The position numbers were made by a program, and so were the translations under genes. A DNA stretch of 63,436 bases, the filler included, from Choristocarpus tenellus KU-1152 (taxonomy: Eukaryota > Protista > Phaeophyceae), in the NCBI GenBank assembly GCA_964200185.2. It is 10 parts of 10 records of this genome, joined end to end, with 100 filler letters (N's around TTAATTAATTAA, not from the genome) between each part and the next. Parts side by side here need not be neighbours in the genome. Positions count along the whole stretch, not along the records: positions 21,306 to 26,750 come from CAXNAD020010753.1; positions 26,851 to 31,234 come from CAXNAD020014802.1; positions 31,335 to 34,752 come from CAXNAD020020169.1; positions 34,853 to 49,221 come from CAXNAD020001213.1; 6 more parts are not named here. One strand, written 5' to 3'. The notes under the pieces are model-generated. The model was given only the letters and a program-made list of their open reading frames with translations. It did not search any database and was not told the origin of the DNA. Shown piece after piece: positions 24,499 to 37,527 of this stretch. Each line of letters starts with the position of its first letter. Position 1 is the stretch's first letter.

Positions 24499-25665
24499 CA
24501 GTAGTATTGTTGGGAGGGAGTAAGTAGTACATGGGTGAGGAACTTACGGTATTAATAGTGGCAGTAGTGGTAGTGGTAGAGGTAGGTCAAGCACGAGTAA
24601 AGGATGTGTGACTGAGAATGAGCCCCGAAACTGATTGAAACAACACTTACAATGTGTTATATAGGATTTCTTAGAATTATTACTGCGTTTCAGTATTTGT
24701 GTCAGTCTACGGTTGGCTGTGAAAGCTGTGTATAAGGTTGGATGATGAAGTATGATCAAGCAGTTGACTTGGGGTTGGGTTGAGTAAAATGTTTAAAAGT
24801 ATGATAATAGTGTACGGGGGGCGTTGTGATGCCCATCAAATTTCTGAGCGCACAATGCATAATTACAAATATGGTGACCACTATGCTTGGTAATGAGGAA
24901 ATGCCCACCACTTCATTTTGTTTATTGGTGTTACTTTGTAGAATAAGTGCATTTCAATGCCAAAGTATTCAAAGTATTGCTAAGTCGTGTATAAAACAGC
25001 ACATTTGATCTATGCAAGACAAGAGCTTATGGATCAAAGGCGTAAATAAATGTGAGGGGAAAGTGATTATGTCATTACGTCCGGCTCCATCCATCTAATT
25101 GATTGTAGTCACGCTAGGAAGGTAAACTGCTTGGAAGTGAGAGGAAATCTTTGCAGCAAACCAGCGGTACAACTCATGTGGTGGGAGAGGGTATGCCGAT
25201 CTGGATGCAGTCTTCCGCCATCATATACTTGTTCAGGGTCATGTTGATGGTGGACTCCAGCACATGTTTGAGGGCGTATGGAGGATATTTTCCCATTTTG
25301 GTTGTATGTGGGAGGAGTTTGTGTTCAGGTCCTTTGAACATGCTGTTGTCGGTGAGACCTGTCCACTCTTCAGAACTCATTCTGGGCTTGATATAATCTC
25401 CACCCCACTGTTGCCTCCATTTTTGAACTTGAAGGCCCTGGACATTGTAATATCCATTCATATCCATCGTCCCTTCAACCTTCAAATGCACCCCCTTGCA
25501 GTAAATAAACCCTTGGAATGGACAAGTTCTAATTCCAGAGCACAACATGCCCCCCTCTCTTGCCAACTTGTTGAACAAGGAGGGTGCGGATCTTGTCTTG
25601 GTCCTGAAAGCCTTGGCGGGAAGGTACAACTTGGACCTCGTAGTGAGTACTAGCAGAAAGGACTT

Positions 25666-25924
25666 GAGCCAAAATATCTTAGAGGGTAGGACCGCGTCCA
25701 TTTGGGACCCAAAATCTATTGTTGCAATTTTGATGTAATTTTGGGCATCGTGTTTGTTAGGAAGTGTTGATATCCTTGTTTCGGACACACCCTTTCGTAA
25801 CGTGTACATTTTACCTTCTTCAGTACATTTCAGAGCAGGAAAATGTTATTAAAAAACTCATGGAAAGCAAGCCCCAAATTGACGAAAAAGGGCAAAACTC
25901 ATACCCTCTAAGATACTTTCACCC
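25666..25924 (+). mobile_element. MITE family A full copy
   Basis: ACTT|GAGCCAAAATATCTTAGAGGGTA ... TACCCTCTAAGATACTTTCACCC|ATTT. Confidence 0.9.
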
Positions 25925-26750
25925 ATTTGCCAGGATGTACACGTTCATCGTCACCACCTTTCGCCTCGTGTACAACCACGGCAGGTGCAGGGACTAAACT
26001 ATTGTGTGATTATTACTTGCTTTACTGTTGAAATACTACCACTGACTAACTCTATGACTGCATTGGAGCCATCTTCCCATGAATGGTGGATGAGTTGTAT
26101 GTTTCCCCTGTTCACAAGTCCCAACCACTGGTCTACTCACTTTCAAGGGTTTAGCACTACTCTTATTATTATCAATATGCCGGTTTACTACAAACACATA
26201 GACTAGTGCCCTGTCCCTGTATCTATCATCTGTACATACTATGTGGCATAGTACAAAACGAGTTGAGATTAACTCAGTCTTAGTCTACTATTCTGGGCGG
26301 CAGAAAGTGATGTACATTTAACGACTGTTGGGCGGGAGTGCAGAATCTACTATTTTTTTAGGAACCTGAAGGCAACACAAGTACTACCACCGTTCAGAAC
26401 AACCGATGAAAATCTCTACCAATTGGACACTCTGATGTCATAAATAAGTGGCGGTGGCAACCCCAAACCAAGTGGCTTTACCTACCAAGCATTTGTACAA
26501 GGTTATTGCTGAATATCACCCCTGTCACGTAGTTTGAAGGCCTTACACCGGACCCACAGTTAGCAGGGTCGGCCCACGGAGAACTGTTACAGGCGAATAG
26601 CGCGAGCATTTCTTTCTGCGCGCCAAAATGCCCGAACAGTATACATATGTAAGAATTCATATAAGAGGAACTTTGAATTGATAGAAGATGCAGACTAAGA
26701 TTCGAAATGCATACATAACCTTACAGAATAGATGTCAATTCCTGAAAGTT

Positions 26751-26850
26751 NNNNNNNNNNNNNNNNNNNNNNNNNNNNNNNNNNNNNNNNNNNNTTAATT
26801 AATTAANNNNNNNNNNNNNNNNNNNNNNNNNNNNNNNNNNNNNNNNNNNN
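26751..26850. other. Artificial contig spacer
   Basis: N44-TTAATTAATTAA-N44. Confidence 0.98.
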
Positions 26851-27031
26851 TAAGTAAGGTGCATACATAAAACCAGCATAGCTGTTACAGTGTGAGCATG
26901 TTAGTGAGGAAGCATGGGGTAGGGGGAGACAATTATCCTCTTTTGCCTTGCACACTATAGGGTTAACCCTAACCCTATGGTGTACAAAAGACTTGTTGGT
27001 GGTATGTGGGGGGGAGAGGGGGGATGATCAC

Positions 27032-28028
27032 CTTGGGTGACTCAAGTACTCCACCCGTGTAGTGATAGGTTAAGAACACAAGCAGACTGATGACAGCTGG
27101 CTGTGCAAAAAACATGGCCTCATTGATAGCACGGAGGGTCATGGCACGAAGGAGGGCATGCACTTCCTCTGACCTTACCCTGTGTGCCACAAACACACAC
27201 GCACACACACAAAAGAATGAGAGCAAAAGCAAGAGAGGGACCAAATGTTGTGGGGTAGGAAGGAGGTCTGGAGCAAGGGGGGTGATCAGACAAAGCAGGT
27301 AGTTGAGCAAATGCCGTATGTTCCTCTTCAGTATTATATATTTTAATAGTATTATATATATTAATAGTATTATATGTTTTAATAGTATGGCTTCGGGGGT
27401 AATGCACAGTAGTGTTAATTAATTCTATTAATAGTATCAATAGTATCAATATTACTAACACCATACTGTTGTGCTGGCAGATATCAACCACACCCTAAGG
27501 CTAGTAGCAACCCAAGACGATAAAGAGCCTATGTAGAAAAATAACTACATACTCATGTATATACTTTGATACACATTGATGTGCTTGAGTCAGTCGCCAT
27601 CAATCAGATATCCAACTCACAAAAGATGAGCTAAGCTCCAACTACCCTCCACATGGAAGGGAGAGATCGCAACTATTCTATTCAACAAAATTTAACACAC
27701 TAGAAATAACAACAATTGAGAGTACACAGTTCTCAAAAAATAAAAGTAATAAGATATATACATACACACACACATATATGCATTATACATATATACATAT
27801 ACATGTACATATTCAAAAAGTACAGAGAATAACTTTAATCATCCCTACCTTTATTCCAGATGAAATGATCAGGGATGTTTTTAACAGTCACAACCCTCTG
27901 GACATATGACATAAATCTTACATTGTATACAGAGTGACTGATTCGCCTCTTCCCAACTGGAAAAATCAGAACATTTATTTTACTCTGCCGTTTCCCTTTG
28001 CAACTCAAGGAGGAACAATTCTGCCCAA

Positions 28029-28064
<36 letters not shown>

Positions 28065-31000
28065 CTTATCAGCTGCATCCACCGAGCATATACCAGGACC
28101 AACCAATATATATATCAATCAATATAGAATGCATATTGAAAATAAAATATTTTAGAGCACCACATATAAATGCAAATACAATAAACTGTGATGAAAAAAA
28201 GCAGTTACCAACAACTCTACATTAATCCCTCAACAACAACAAAAATGACACATACACTGCAGTCTAAACACTAGCAAAATACACGCATATTATTGCATAC
28301 ACAAGCACACCAATTCAGAATAAATGTAGGAAAAAAAAGAAAGAGCAGAATGTGAACCACATCCAACTTGCTTCCAACTCATGTTTCAAATGCATACATT
28401 CCTTGCCTGGATATCTCCCTCTCCAAAGCAGGCTCCCAGGCATTAATCTTCATCAGGCGGGCACCAGTGATGGCCTGGCTAGTCAACTTTACCCTCTCAT
28501 CTGTGAGACTGGTCACATTCTTTCTAACTTGCATGAACCGTTTCGAAAAACACGCCTGTTTGATTTCCAGGAACACCAATACACCCAATACACCAATACA
28601 TCAATGTTGAGGTGGGGGGAGGGGGAGGATGTGATCAAAAATGAAGAAGAGTTCTCACCAATCACCAATCACCAATCACATTTTAAACATGTTCTGGAAT
28701 GCATTGAACCAGTGTGGATGACACTCTATGCCATGCACATTAAAAAAAAAAAGACCTCTTTTTTTAAACTGAAAAAGGAGACGAGTTGAGAAGGGGAGTC
28801 TACATGAAATATTGTACCGTGTTTTTATAAGCAGGGTAGGAGTCAGCAGCGGAAACCTGACAATGAACTATTTTCCACATTCTAAATCAACTTCCTGTGT
28901 GACACAACACTAAATGTCTTGGAGCTCTGTCACACACAAGCGGATTACATGCCTGCCCAGGTCTTTGTTCGTAATCCAAGCCAAAGCAGAGCAAAGTACA
29001 TTCAACCTTGTATCTGGCATATCTCAAGTCTACTCCTTGTACCCCAGCTGCATGTTCTCCTCACTCCATCCCAACCATCTTTGAACACACACACACACAC
29101 CCTACATGGTGTATCTCTCCCTCACATCCAAGTCCATTTTCCCCCTTCCTGCACTCCACCTCACCCCACCTCCCTGAACTCTCACAGAACCTATTTCTGA
29201 TAACCTGACCTGCAAGGGTATTAGAAGGGCCAGAGCTGCAAATCCCGCCAGGAAAGACACGCCCACCTCTCTCAGCCCAAAATACAATATCACCAAGGTC
29301 TCCAGGGGAGCCAACCACAGATAGTGCACAAACATGCCACCATACTGGAACCGCTCCACATCTGAACTAGCTAGGTTTACTAGATAACCTGTGGTCACCT
29401 TTTGAGTACAGGCGTCAGTGTCACCAGTATCAGAAGTAAGGAGGATGTTGGAGGGGGGGGCACAAGGTAGTCACAAGGTAGTCACAAGGTAGGGACTAAG
29501 AAGTAAAAAAGTTTTGAGGGTAAATAACAAGGTGTCGGGAGGGTGCAAGGCAAGATAGTAGAAGCACCAGTAACAAGCAGTAGAGATATCAACTCTGTGA
29601 TGGCAGGGATGACCCTTAGAAGGAGAGCACACCCTTACAGGCGTATCAGTGAGGTTAATGAGTAAGCCCACAGATGAGGGTTACTTGACCACAACAGAAG
29701 TGACATTGGACCAAATATTCTCACATCACATGACTTACTGTATGTCATTACTGAGTGTCATTACTGTATATAATTACTGCATATCATTGCTGTGTATCAT
29801 TTCTGCATGCCATCACTGTATATCATTACTGTGTATCATTTCTGCATGCCATCACTGTGTGTCATTACTGAATGTCAATATGGGGTGTCATTACTGTATA
29901 CCATTACTGTATATCGTTACTGCATGCCATCACTGTATATCATTGCTGTGTATCACTACTGCATGCCATCACTGTATGTCATTACTGTGTGCCATCAACC
30001 TCCTCTTCACTTAAGCCCTCAAAGATAACAAACTCATGCTCACTATAACAATTAACAATCCAATCTCATCTGAAAAATCCACACACCTCTCCCAGGGAGC
30101 TGAGCCGGAGTCGGAGGATTTTGTTATAGCTTATGGCCGTCGTGGCCACCCGAAATTGCATACCCAGGGTCCAGGCATAATAGAAGAAGTGGTGATGAGC
30201 ACAGCTGCAGCACAGAAACAGTAGTGGTTACAGTGACAGTAGTGGTTGCAGTTACAGTTACATAGAGTGTGTAGCGTAGAGGGGAGGGGGGGGGAGGTTA
30301 AATCAACTCCTTTAGGCTTGAAGTGTTCACATTTTTGTAGAGGGGGAGGGGGGGGTTAGAGGAGGAAAGCAGCCAAGCAGACAACAATTTGTAACAACAA
30401 TGTAGAAACTTTACATTTATTTTTCAACTAGACAGAGGCACTGTGGCAAGAGTCTGTTTTTATTGGTTATTCAAAGGAAACTACCCTTCTCTTCTTGTAG
30501 GGGAGGATACCCATTTATCAGGTGGCCAAAAACATAAAACGCAATCAAACACATATCTTGTGGAATAGATCATGTTTTGGAATAGATCATGATTGCAGCA
30601 TGACATGACAAGGGAACATCCATGCCCCCTCGTCACCAAGTACAGGACAACCTTCATCACATCTCCCAACAGTTCACGGGACTGCTTCTTCAATATAGAT
30701 TAGATTGCCTCTAAAAATCAAAATCGAGATTTAACAAGTCCAGATGGTTTTATACCTGGTGCATGAGAAACAAGTCAAGGTGGTCTGATGGTGGTGTAAA
30801 AACAACACTGTAGAGTACTGTGTGATAGAGTGGTGCGAATCACTTTTACAGAAGGAAAATTGATGCATTAAACAGTGAAAAATATATATATTCACACAAA
30901 GAAATGAGAAGATATTGCATTGAAACGCTACATTTCCTGCATCTTTCATTCTTGCAACATTGAAATCTGCTCAACATCGCCTCCTCACCTAAACAAAAAC

Positions 31001-31095
31001 CCAGATAAAACCACTAAGCCAGCATACAACCATCCCTCCCAGGCCTCGGCGTCAGAGTCTTCAAAGTAGCCAACAAGCCACCCTACAGCCTTGGC
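27032..31095 (-). CDS. ABC transporter subfamily C (MRP/ABCC4-like), internal exons encoding TMD1; partial
   Basis: Exons 31095-30989, 30204-30087, 29398-29210, 28555-28407 and 27179-27032 splice in frame to ...GWLYAGLVVL..HHHFFYYAWTLGMQFRVA..YNKILRL..TTGYLVNLASSDVERF..HYLWLAPLE..TDERVKLTSQAITGARLMKINAWE..LRAINEAMFF..LVFLTY, the typical ABCC TMD1 signature. Confidence 0.93.
28030..28062. repeat. (AAT)n microsatellite
   Basis: Perfect AAT run in an ABCC intron. Confidence 0.9.
29735..29995. repeat. Intronic minisatellite, 39-bp unit built from 13-bp subunits
   Basis: CATTRCTGTGTATCATTTCTGCATGCCATCACTGTRTRT repeated about 6 times with variation. Confidence 0.85.
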
Positions 31096-31234
31096 CTGAC
31101 ACCATCACCATCCAAATTTTCCAGATGGAAATAAAGAAGCAGAAGGCGAATACAGTTAAAGCAAAGATGCAACAATGGAGCAAACCAAGGAGGGGGAGGG
31201 GGGAGGATAAGTCATTTCACTATATTTCTTCCCA

Positions 31235-31334
31235 NNNNNNNNNNNNNNNNNNNNNNNNNNNNNNNNNNNNNNNNNNNNTTAATTAATTAANNNNNNNNNN
31301 NNNNNNNNNNNNNNNNNNNNNNNNNNNNNNNNNN
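31235..31334. other. Artificial contig spacer
   Basis: N44-TTAATTAATTAA-N44. Confidence 0.98.
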
Positions 31335-32756
31335 TGTCATTTGCCCCCCCTGTGAGTAGTCCTTCAGGCGCCAACAGATGAGGGGGTACCCAACACACCA
31401 CAACATTTACTTTCTCCCTTGTGAGCGAGATGATGTCAGACTCCCACTAATATTTGTATGGATTTCGTGTTTTTTGTTATCCCTATCCTTTTGTGAAACT
31501 TCCTGCGGGTGGTTTTGACCTTGAGTAGACAACTGGTTTACGGTAGTGATTGAGGATCACCACATGCTTTTTTTCTTGTATATTATAGAAGTTTTGCATG
31601 TGTTCTCCTGTGATGTGGAGCTATGGTGCACGAGCCCAGCTTACCCCTTCTGTCGCATTGTATTTGGGTAGCCCTTTGGCATCTGCTGAATTGCGATTGT
31701 TCATAAACCTACGGTGCTTGAGGGGTTGCGTTATGATACATTGATTGATAGATGCATATAAATATTACCATTTAAAACATAGTGAGGGTGTGATAGAAGT
31801 TCCACATTATGGACATACGTAGTTCTACGGAGTTCAGTGCACGAAGAAGAAAAACCCTACATGCAGTGGTGCAGCAAGATATTACTTCTCTTAGAGACGA
31901 AGTTTTCAAGAACATTATCGAAGAGTGGTCAAGAAGTCTATCAGGTGGTTAGGAGGAGATGGCTACAATGATAGAGAGATAGAAAGAGAGAAGTCTATGT
32001 GTAATATACTATTATAGGACATCGTCATCGCAAATCTCTATCCCAAGTGGTGCATCGTAAGGCCGTGTTAACTCAGACTGGCTCCTCCACCCAGATAAAT
32101 AATTACCAGATCATGGCCCTTGAACATCGCCATCAGAAGGACCATCTGAATCTTCTACGCTTCTACTGAGCTGTATGATTTACAGATGGGGGCACATCTA
32201 TGGCGCTGCCTCGACCATTTTGTGAACCCTAGTCACCTTTATGAAGTGATAATGTATCAGGTTAAAACATGTTTGTACCCTACTACCATAAATTCTTGAT
32301 TTCCTCACACCAACGTCATCTGCTAACGCACAACAAGCATCGCACGCATTACGTTTTCTCGACAACTGAAAATTCCATTATCGAACCACTCCCAGGTGCT
32401 TCGAAGGTAGGTTTGAATTGAGTTGTCGGATTTTGTTTTATTTAGGGATCAAACATTTCTAGATACCTCACCACAACACCTCGTCCATTTTTTAAAATTC
32501 ATGAAGAAAAGAAAAAAAGAGGATTTGAAATTTTGTGATGTGGACCAGACAAAGTCAATCTCTTCGAGCGCCTAGGGATACGCCCCGTGAGTGAGAGGTA
32601 GTGTAGAAGTTGTGGAGTTTGTTGCACTGGTGACAAGGCACTACGTAGAGGAGATGCTGTAGTGGAAGCATATCTCACGAAACCTTACATACGTTCTACC
32701 CTGTCTGGCGCGATAGAGGACTTGCAGAGGTCGAGTCCTCTGGAAGGGACATAGCC

Positions 32757-34194
32757 ATGGACGTCGAGGAAGTAGCCTTTGGAGACGGTACCAGCACTGG
32801 AATCTCGCGAGGTTCCCCTGTATCCAAGGGTAAAAATGGGGACTCTGATGAGCTTGAGGCCTTTAGTCCGGAACTACTGCGCCTGTACTATAGTCGACTT
32901 TTCCCCTATGACCAGGTGCTCGACTAGGAGAGTTGTGCCTTATTTATATATTTTGTCTGAAGCTGCAACTCAAGTCATGGTTATTCCAAACGTTTTACTT
33001 GGATGGTGAAACCTTAGTTCATGGTGCAAGTGGCCTAGGAAGCTTAGGTCATCATGGGTAGGATCTCGCGCCAACCCTTGCTATGGTTGAAGGTATAGAT
33101 CACCGTAGTCAGCTACATTACAAATCGACATCTCAGGACACATTTTTTTTCGGCACAATATGCCTCAGGCTATCTTGGTATCAGATCAGCTTTTTTTTTA
33201 AGTCCCTCTGGAGCCTCGAAACCTACAAGTAGCTTGGATCTCACGTCAATCAACTCGTGCACTCACCACATCCCTCTGGTCGGACCAGTCGTCAAAATAG
33301 AATCTCCACATCCCCACATTTTCCATTCTCCCCCTTAACCCTTTCCCCCGACTCCCTACAGATGTTCCGATGGCTAAGTTATGCTAACCAGCCTGCTCAA
33401 CTTCCCGATCCTGAGGGAAAGGTTCTTGCACCCGAGGAGCAGTCAGATTTTTTTCAGCGACGGGAGTTCTCCTTCACAATCGAGGATGATATTTATATAC
33501 GGTATGTCCGTAAATTTACCGCTAGTGTGTTTGATCTTCCCCCCCACCCGCCAAATCCCTTGCCCCTCTATGACTTGACTCTTTCTCCAACTAGACCTGT
33601 GGGGTACATGACAAATGCGCACTTCCTCTATATTTTCAGGTACCAGTGCTTTGCTGACCGAGCAGAGTTTGAGCAGCAAGTGCAGCGGAAGCAGCCACAC
33701 AAGATCGACATCGGGGCCGTTTTCACACTTGCCCCGAAGGTGTGTGTGTGACTTTTACGACTTGCCAAGAGTCTACAAGCGTGATGATTCTATTAAGCTC
33801 TTGTAGTTGAATACTACACTACTACTACATGGGTTCAGGTCAGCATCGTACGCAAGTCTTAGGATCAATGGAGTTCTGGGGGATGGCTGCAGCATTCTTG
33901 CGGGGAGCACAGGAGAGACTTGACTTTTATGTCTTTGCTGAACAAGACTTTACACAAAAAGAAAAATGATATGTTTCACCTCTAACAGCCATGCTGTACA
34001 CACTGTTGCCCAACTGGTGGACTCCCCTTGAACAACCACTGAGGCAGGACCACCTGACAGTCAAGGCAGGAGCATTTGCCCCAGTAGAACGCGAATTGGT
34101 GTTTGATATTGATCTCACGGACTACGATGATGTGCGCATCTGTTGCTCTGGCGCCAAGATCTGCCCAAGATGTTGGTCCTACATGACGATGGCG
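32757..34194 (+). CDS. PRIM1: DNA primase small (catalytic) subunit, 5' four exons; partial
   Basis: Exons 32757-32915, 33362-33501, 33640-33739 and 34048-34194 splice in frame: FSPELLRLYYSRLFPYDQMFRWLSY...RREFSFTIEDDIYIRYQCF...PHKIDIGAVF...ERELVFDIDLTDYDDVRICCSGAKICPRCW (catalytic DxD and zinc-knuckle cysteines). Confidence 0.96.
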
Positions 34195-34202
34195 GTGGGT
34201 GA

Positions 34203-34431
34203 TTCTGTTCTCCTATTTGGGGCTTGACTCTGCACGTGTTTTTCATTACCATTTTTCCTACTTTGAAATGTTTTGGAGTAGGTAAAATGTATACGTTTTG
34301 AAAGATGTGCCTGCAAAAAGGATAATTGACTCTTCGTAACAAGCACACTGGTCGAAATTACATCAAAATCACAACATTGGATTTTGGACCCCAAATGGAC
34401 ACGGCTCTACCCTCTTAAGATACTTTCACTC
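34203..34431 (-). mobile_element. MITE family A copy lacking one TIR, in PRIM1 intron 4
   Basis: ...ATTTGGGGCTTGAC..TTTTGGAGTAGGTAAAATGTATACG..CCCCAAATGGACACGGCTCTACCCTCTTAAGATACTTTCACTC. Confidence 0.85.
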
Positions 34432-34752
34432 GTGAGCTATATGTATAGATCGGCGAACGTGTTCTGTTAGTGCTACATTGCCAATCCTCGCAGCTTCAGC
34501 CTCTCATACCTCTTCCTATCTCCAGTGTTTATCTCTCTTGCTTTCCCAAGTCACTCAACTCTCACCTCCTTTTTCTCGAAGAGTTCCCCATGCCCCCCCC
34601 CCCTACCTCTTGCTCCAAGGGCCTCCTCTCTTTCCTTTTGTGACGTTTCTTCCGTTACCAACACACCATTTCCCCCCCGTCCCAGCCCCCCCGCCCCTCT
34701 CCGTATGGTGCCCCTCCTCTTTCGTAGGCCTTTTATTTGAGTGCCTATGTTT

Positions 34753-34852
34753 NNNNNNNNNNNNNNNNNNNNNNNNNNNNNNNNNNNNNNNNNNNNTTAA
34801 TTAATTAANNNNNNNNNNNNNNNNNNNNNNNNNNNNNNNNNNNNNNNNNNNN
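34753..34852. other. Artificial contig spacer
   Basis: N44-TTAATTAATTAA-N44. Confidence 0.98.
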
Positions 34853-35828
34853 CCCCCAGATACTTTGACCCAAAAGCACCTACTAAACGCTAGAAGTACA
34901 TCCATCAGAAGACTCGTCAGCGCCCCTCTCAAAGATTGGATTGCTCTGTTCTCAACAATGACAACTACTGGAGTATGACGTATTTGTGTGTGGTGTGCCA
35001 TGTTGGATATAACCACAACCCACAACTTGTTTGTAGAGCACAGTGTGCATGGAAGGCAATATAATCTGCCCATTCCTACGACACTGTTTATCAATTTGGA
35101 GGATATGATCCAGCTTGGAAGAGTATGGCATTCAATGGGAATGAGGGGACCACACAATGTATGGATACAGGGCTTACAAAAGTTATTGCATTATTGTGCA
35201 GAGAAGACAACTTACTTACATATTCAGGTCGAGAATCAGTACTCTTGACTTGCCCTGTTTTGACCTCCCAACTTCCCTTCTTGTTGGGCTGTATCATGGT
35301 ACTACTTTTACAAATGGTGGAAGAAGAATGGGGATTATCACCCAAGACAGGACGAAGAACTGGTGGACATTGTGCGCGATCAAGTGCCTACTCTTTTCTA
35401 TCAATTCCCATCCTGACATTGTCTTCCCTTATCCGCCACCATTTTTCCCTCTGCAAACTACAATTGTGACTGGCTGACTGCTTATCATCCTTATGCTACA
35501 ATTAAGTAGTCCGAATGTTTTGCCTAATCATACAACGTGGCAAACCCTCCACACCAGTCTTGGCGTTTGTTCACAAAAGGATAGTCTTCTCATAAACCTT
35601 TACTGTATGTTTGACTTATATCGTAACACCCCTTCCCCAGTTCACCACACAGCCTCACATTTTTTTTAATTAAAATACCTGTCTCTTCAAAGGTTACCCC
35701 TACTTGTATGGGTGCCCTACCTGCAGGACAAATAGCAAATAATAGATGAACAGGTGGTCTACTATGTCCACAACAAGATCCGCAGTGAGCCAAAGTAAAC
35801 TAGAGGTACCCAGTTTTTTTTATCATTT

Positions 35829-35970
35829 GACTCCAAGTATCTAGGGGGGGTGGCGGCTGTCCATTTGGGGTCACTTTTTTCATATCGTGATTTTTGGGTG
35901 ATTTGGTTGCATAAGTCGGATGGGTAATGTTAGTGCACTTTTTCTGGTCATGACCCAAATGGACACCCAA
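35829..35970 (-). mobile_element. MITE family B partial copy
   Basis: GACTCCAAGTATCTAGGGGGGG..GTCCATTTGGGG..GTCGGATGGGTAATGTTAGTGCAC..CCCAAATGGACACCC; reverse complement of the family B body. Confidence 0.75.
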
Positions 35971-36216
35971 ATATCATAAATATAATAGAATGCACGAGAA
36001 AAATTCCAGCCAACATAATATATGCACCTGAAAGGTAGCTGCATGGGTGTTTCTTGCTATCAGGGTAAGGTAATGAAGGAGACTAAAAACTAACACTGGT
36101 AATGTGAACACAGAAGGAGTACAACAGCAGGCAGACACATGATATAACCAGAGTCATTGCCATGAGTGCATGCGATACCAAACACTGAGGGATGAGAGTC
36201 AGTACTGGTAACATAC

Positions 36217-36430
<214 letters not shown>

Positions 36431-37269
36431 AGTAGACAGGCAGATTGACGGTCGGATTATGCTTGATCTTCTATGGTACATATACAAGTGGTGTCTAGAA
36501 CAAGGAGCTGTTCAGTGCAATCACAGGTTCATAAGCTGGTCTCGCGGCAGTCATTGGACAATTGCCCTCTCTTCAAAGTTTTGCATCCCTTCTATTCTCC
36601 TATTGTGGTGAATTTGGTAAGATATTGCACAACATTCCTTCCAAGTGTTGATGTTTATTTATTTTTCAGTCATTCATGTTTTTTCTCTTTCTGCCTACAA
36701 TGTGGTATATCGCAACTGTAGTGGTTCCCAATCACTCTGTGTTTCTGGTTACCTGGCAAGTGTTTCTTCACAAGTCCATAACAACATGCTCAATAGAATT
36801 GGCTGTTTGAACACAAACAGTTTCAGATCATCATCCACAAAATCACCATGGGTTGATTCAGCAAAGCAGATGAAAGCTTGCCTAATCAATACTCCAACAT
36901 GGGGCTATTGGAGCCTGTTGTACCGTAGTTACAATTAGTATTTGGAATAGTGGAAGAGTGTTGGAAGCATACCTGTCTTTCACACAATGGGCACTCAAAA
37001 GTGATACTGTTCCCAAATTATTGACTTTTTATCAACAACGCATTGAAGTACCACTCTAGCAACACATGGTATGAAACTGGGGTTGCTATATTTAAGTCTA
37101 GTTACCTTTGTGCCGTAAACTCTTGCGATCATGTATCAGAATGCACAGTTCCTTTTCGATGCCCTTTGAAGCGTTCATCATGAGCAACGATTTTCACATT
37201 ATACCGTTTTCTTACAAGAAAAGAACAGAAGTCCTAGACAATTGACAGAGAGTTGACAGGCTACTGTTG

Positions 37270-37527
37270 GAGCCAAAGTATCTTAGAGGGTAGAGTCGCG
37301 TCCATTTGAGGGCGAAATTCCGACGTTGCGATTTAGATGTAATTTTGGCTATCGTATTTGTTAGGAAGTATCAATATCCTTGTTCCAGTCACACCATTTC
37401 ATAACACATACATTGTACCTACTCCGAAAAAAATTGGAGTAGGAAAATGTAATTTAAAAAAGATGGGAAGGCAAGCCTCAAACGGACAAACAGCATAAAA
37501 CTCGTACCCTCTAAGATACTTTCACTC
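37270..37527 (+). mobile_element. MITE family A full copy, 3-bp TSD (TTG)
   Basis: TTG|GAGCCAAAGTATCTTAGAGGGTA ... TACCCTCTAAGATACTTTCACTC|TTG. Confidence 0.92.

Noticed and set aside
24239-24527. MYVC-repeat ORFs
   Set aside because: Translations of the (TATG)n microsatellite.
29649-30028. Cys/His-rich ORFs resembling a metallothionein or zinc finger
   Set aside because: Antisense translation of the intronic 39-bp minisatellite.
36752-36881. Isolated minus-strand exon-like segments (also about 50040-50278 and 39265-39580)
   Set aside because: AG/GT-bounded open frames, but I could not chain them into a consistent gene or recognise a domain.
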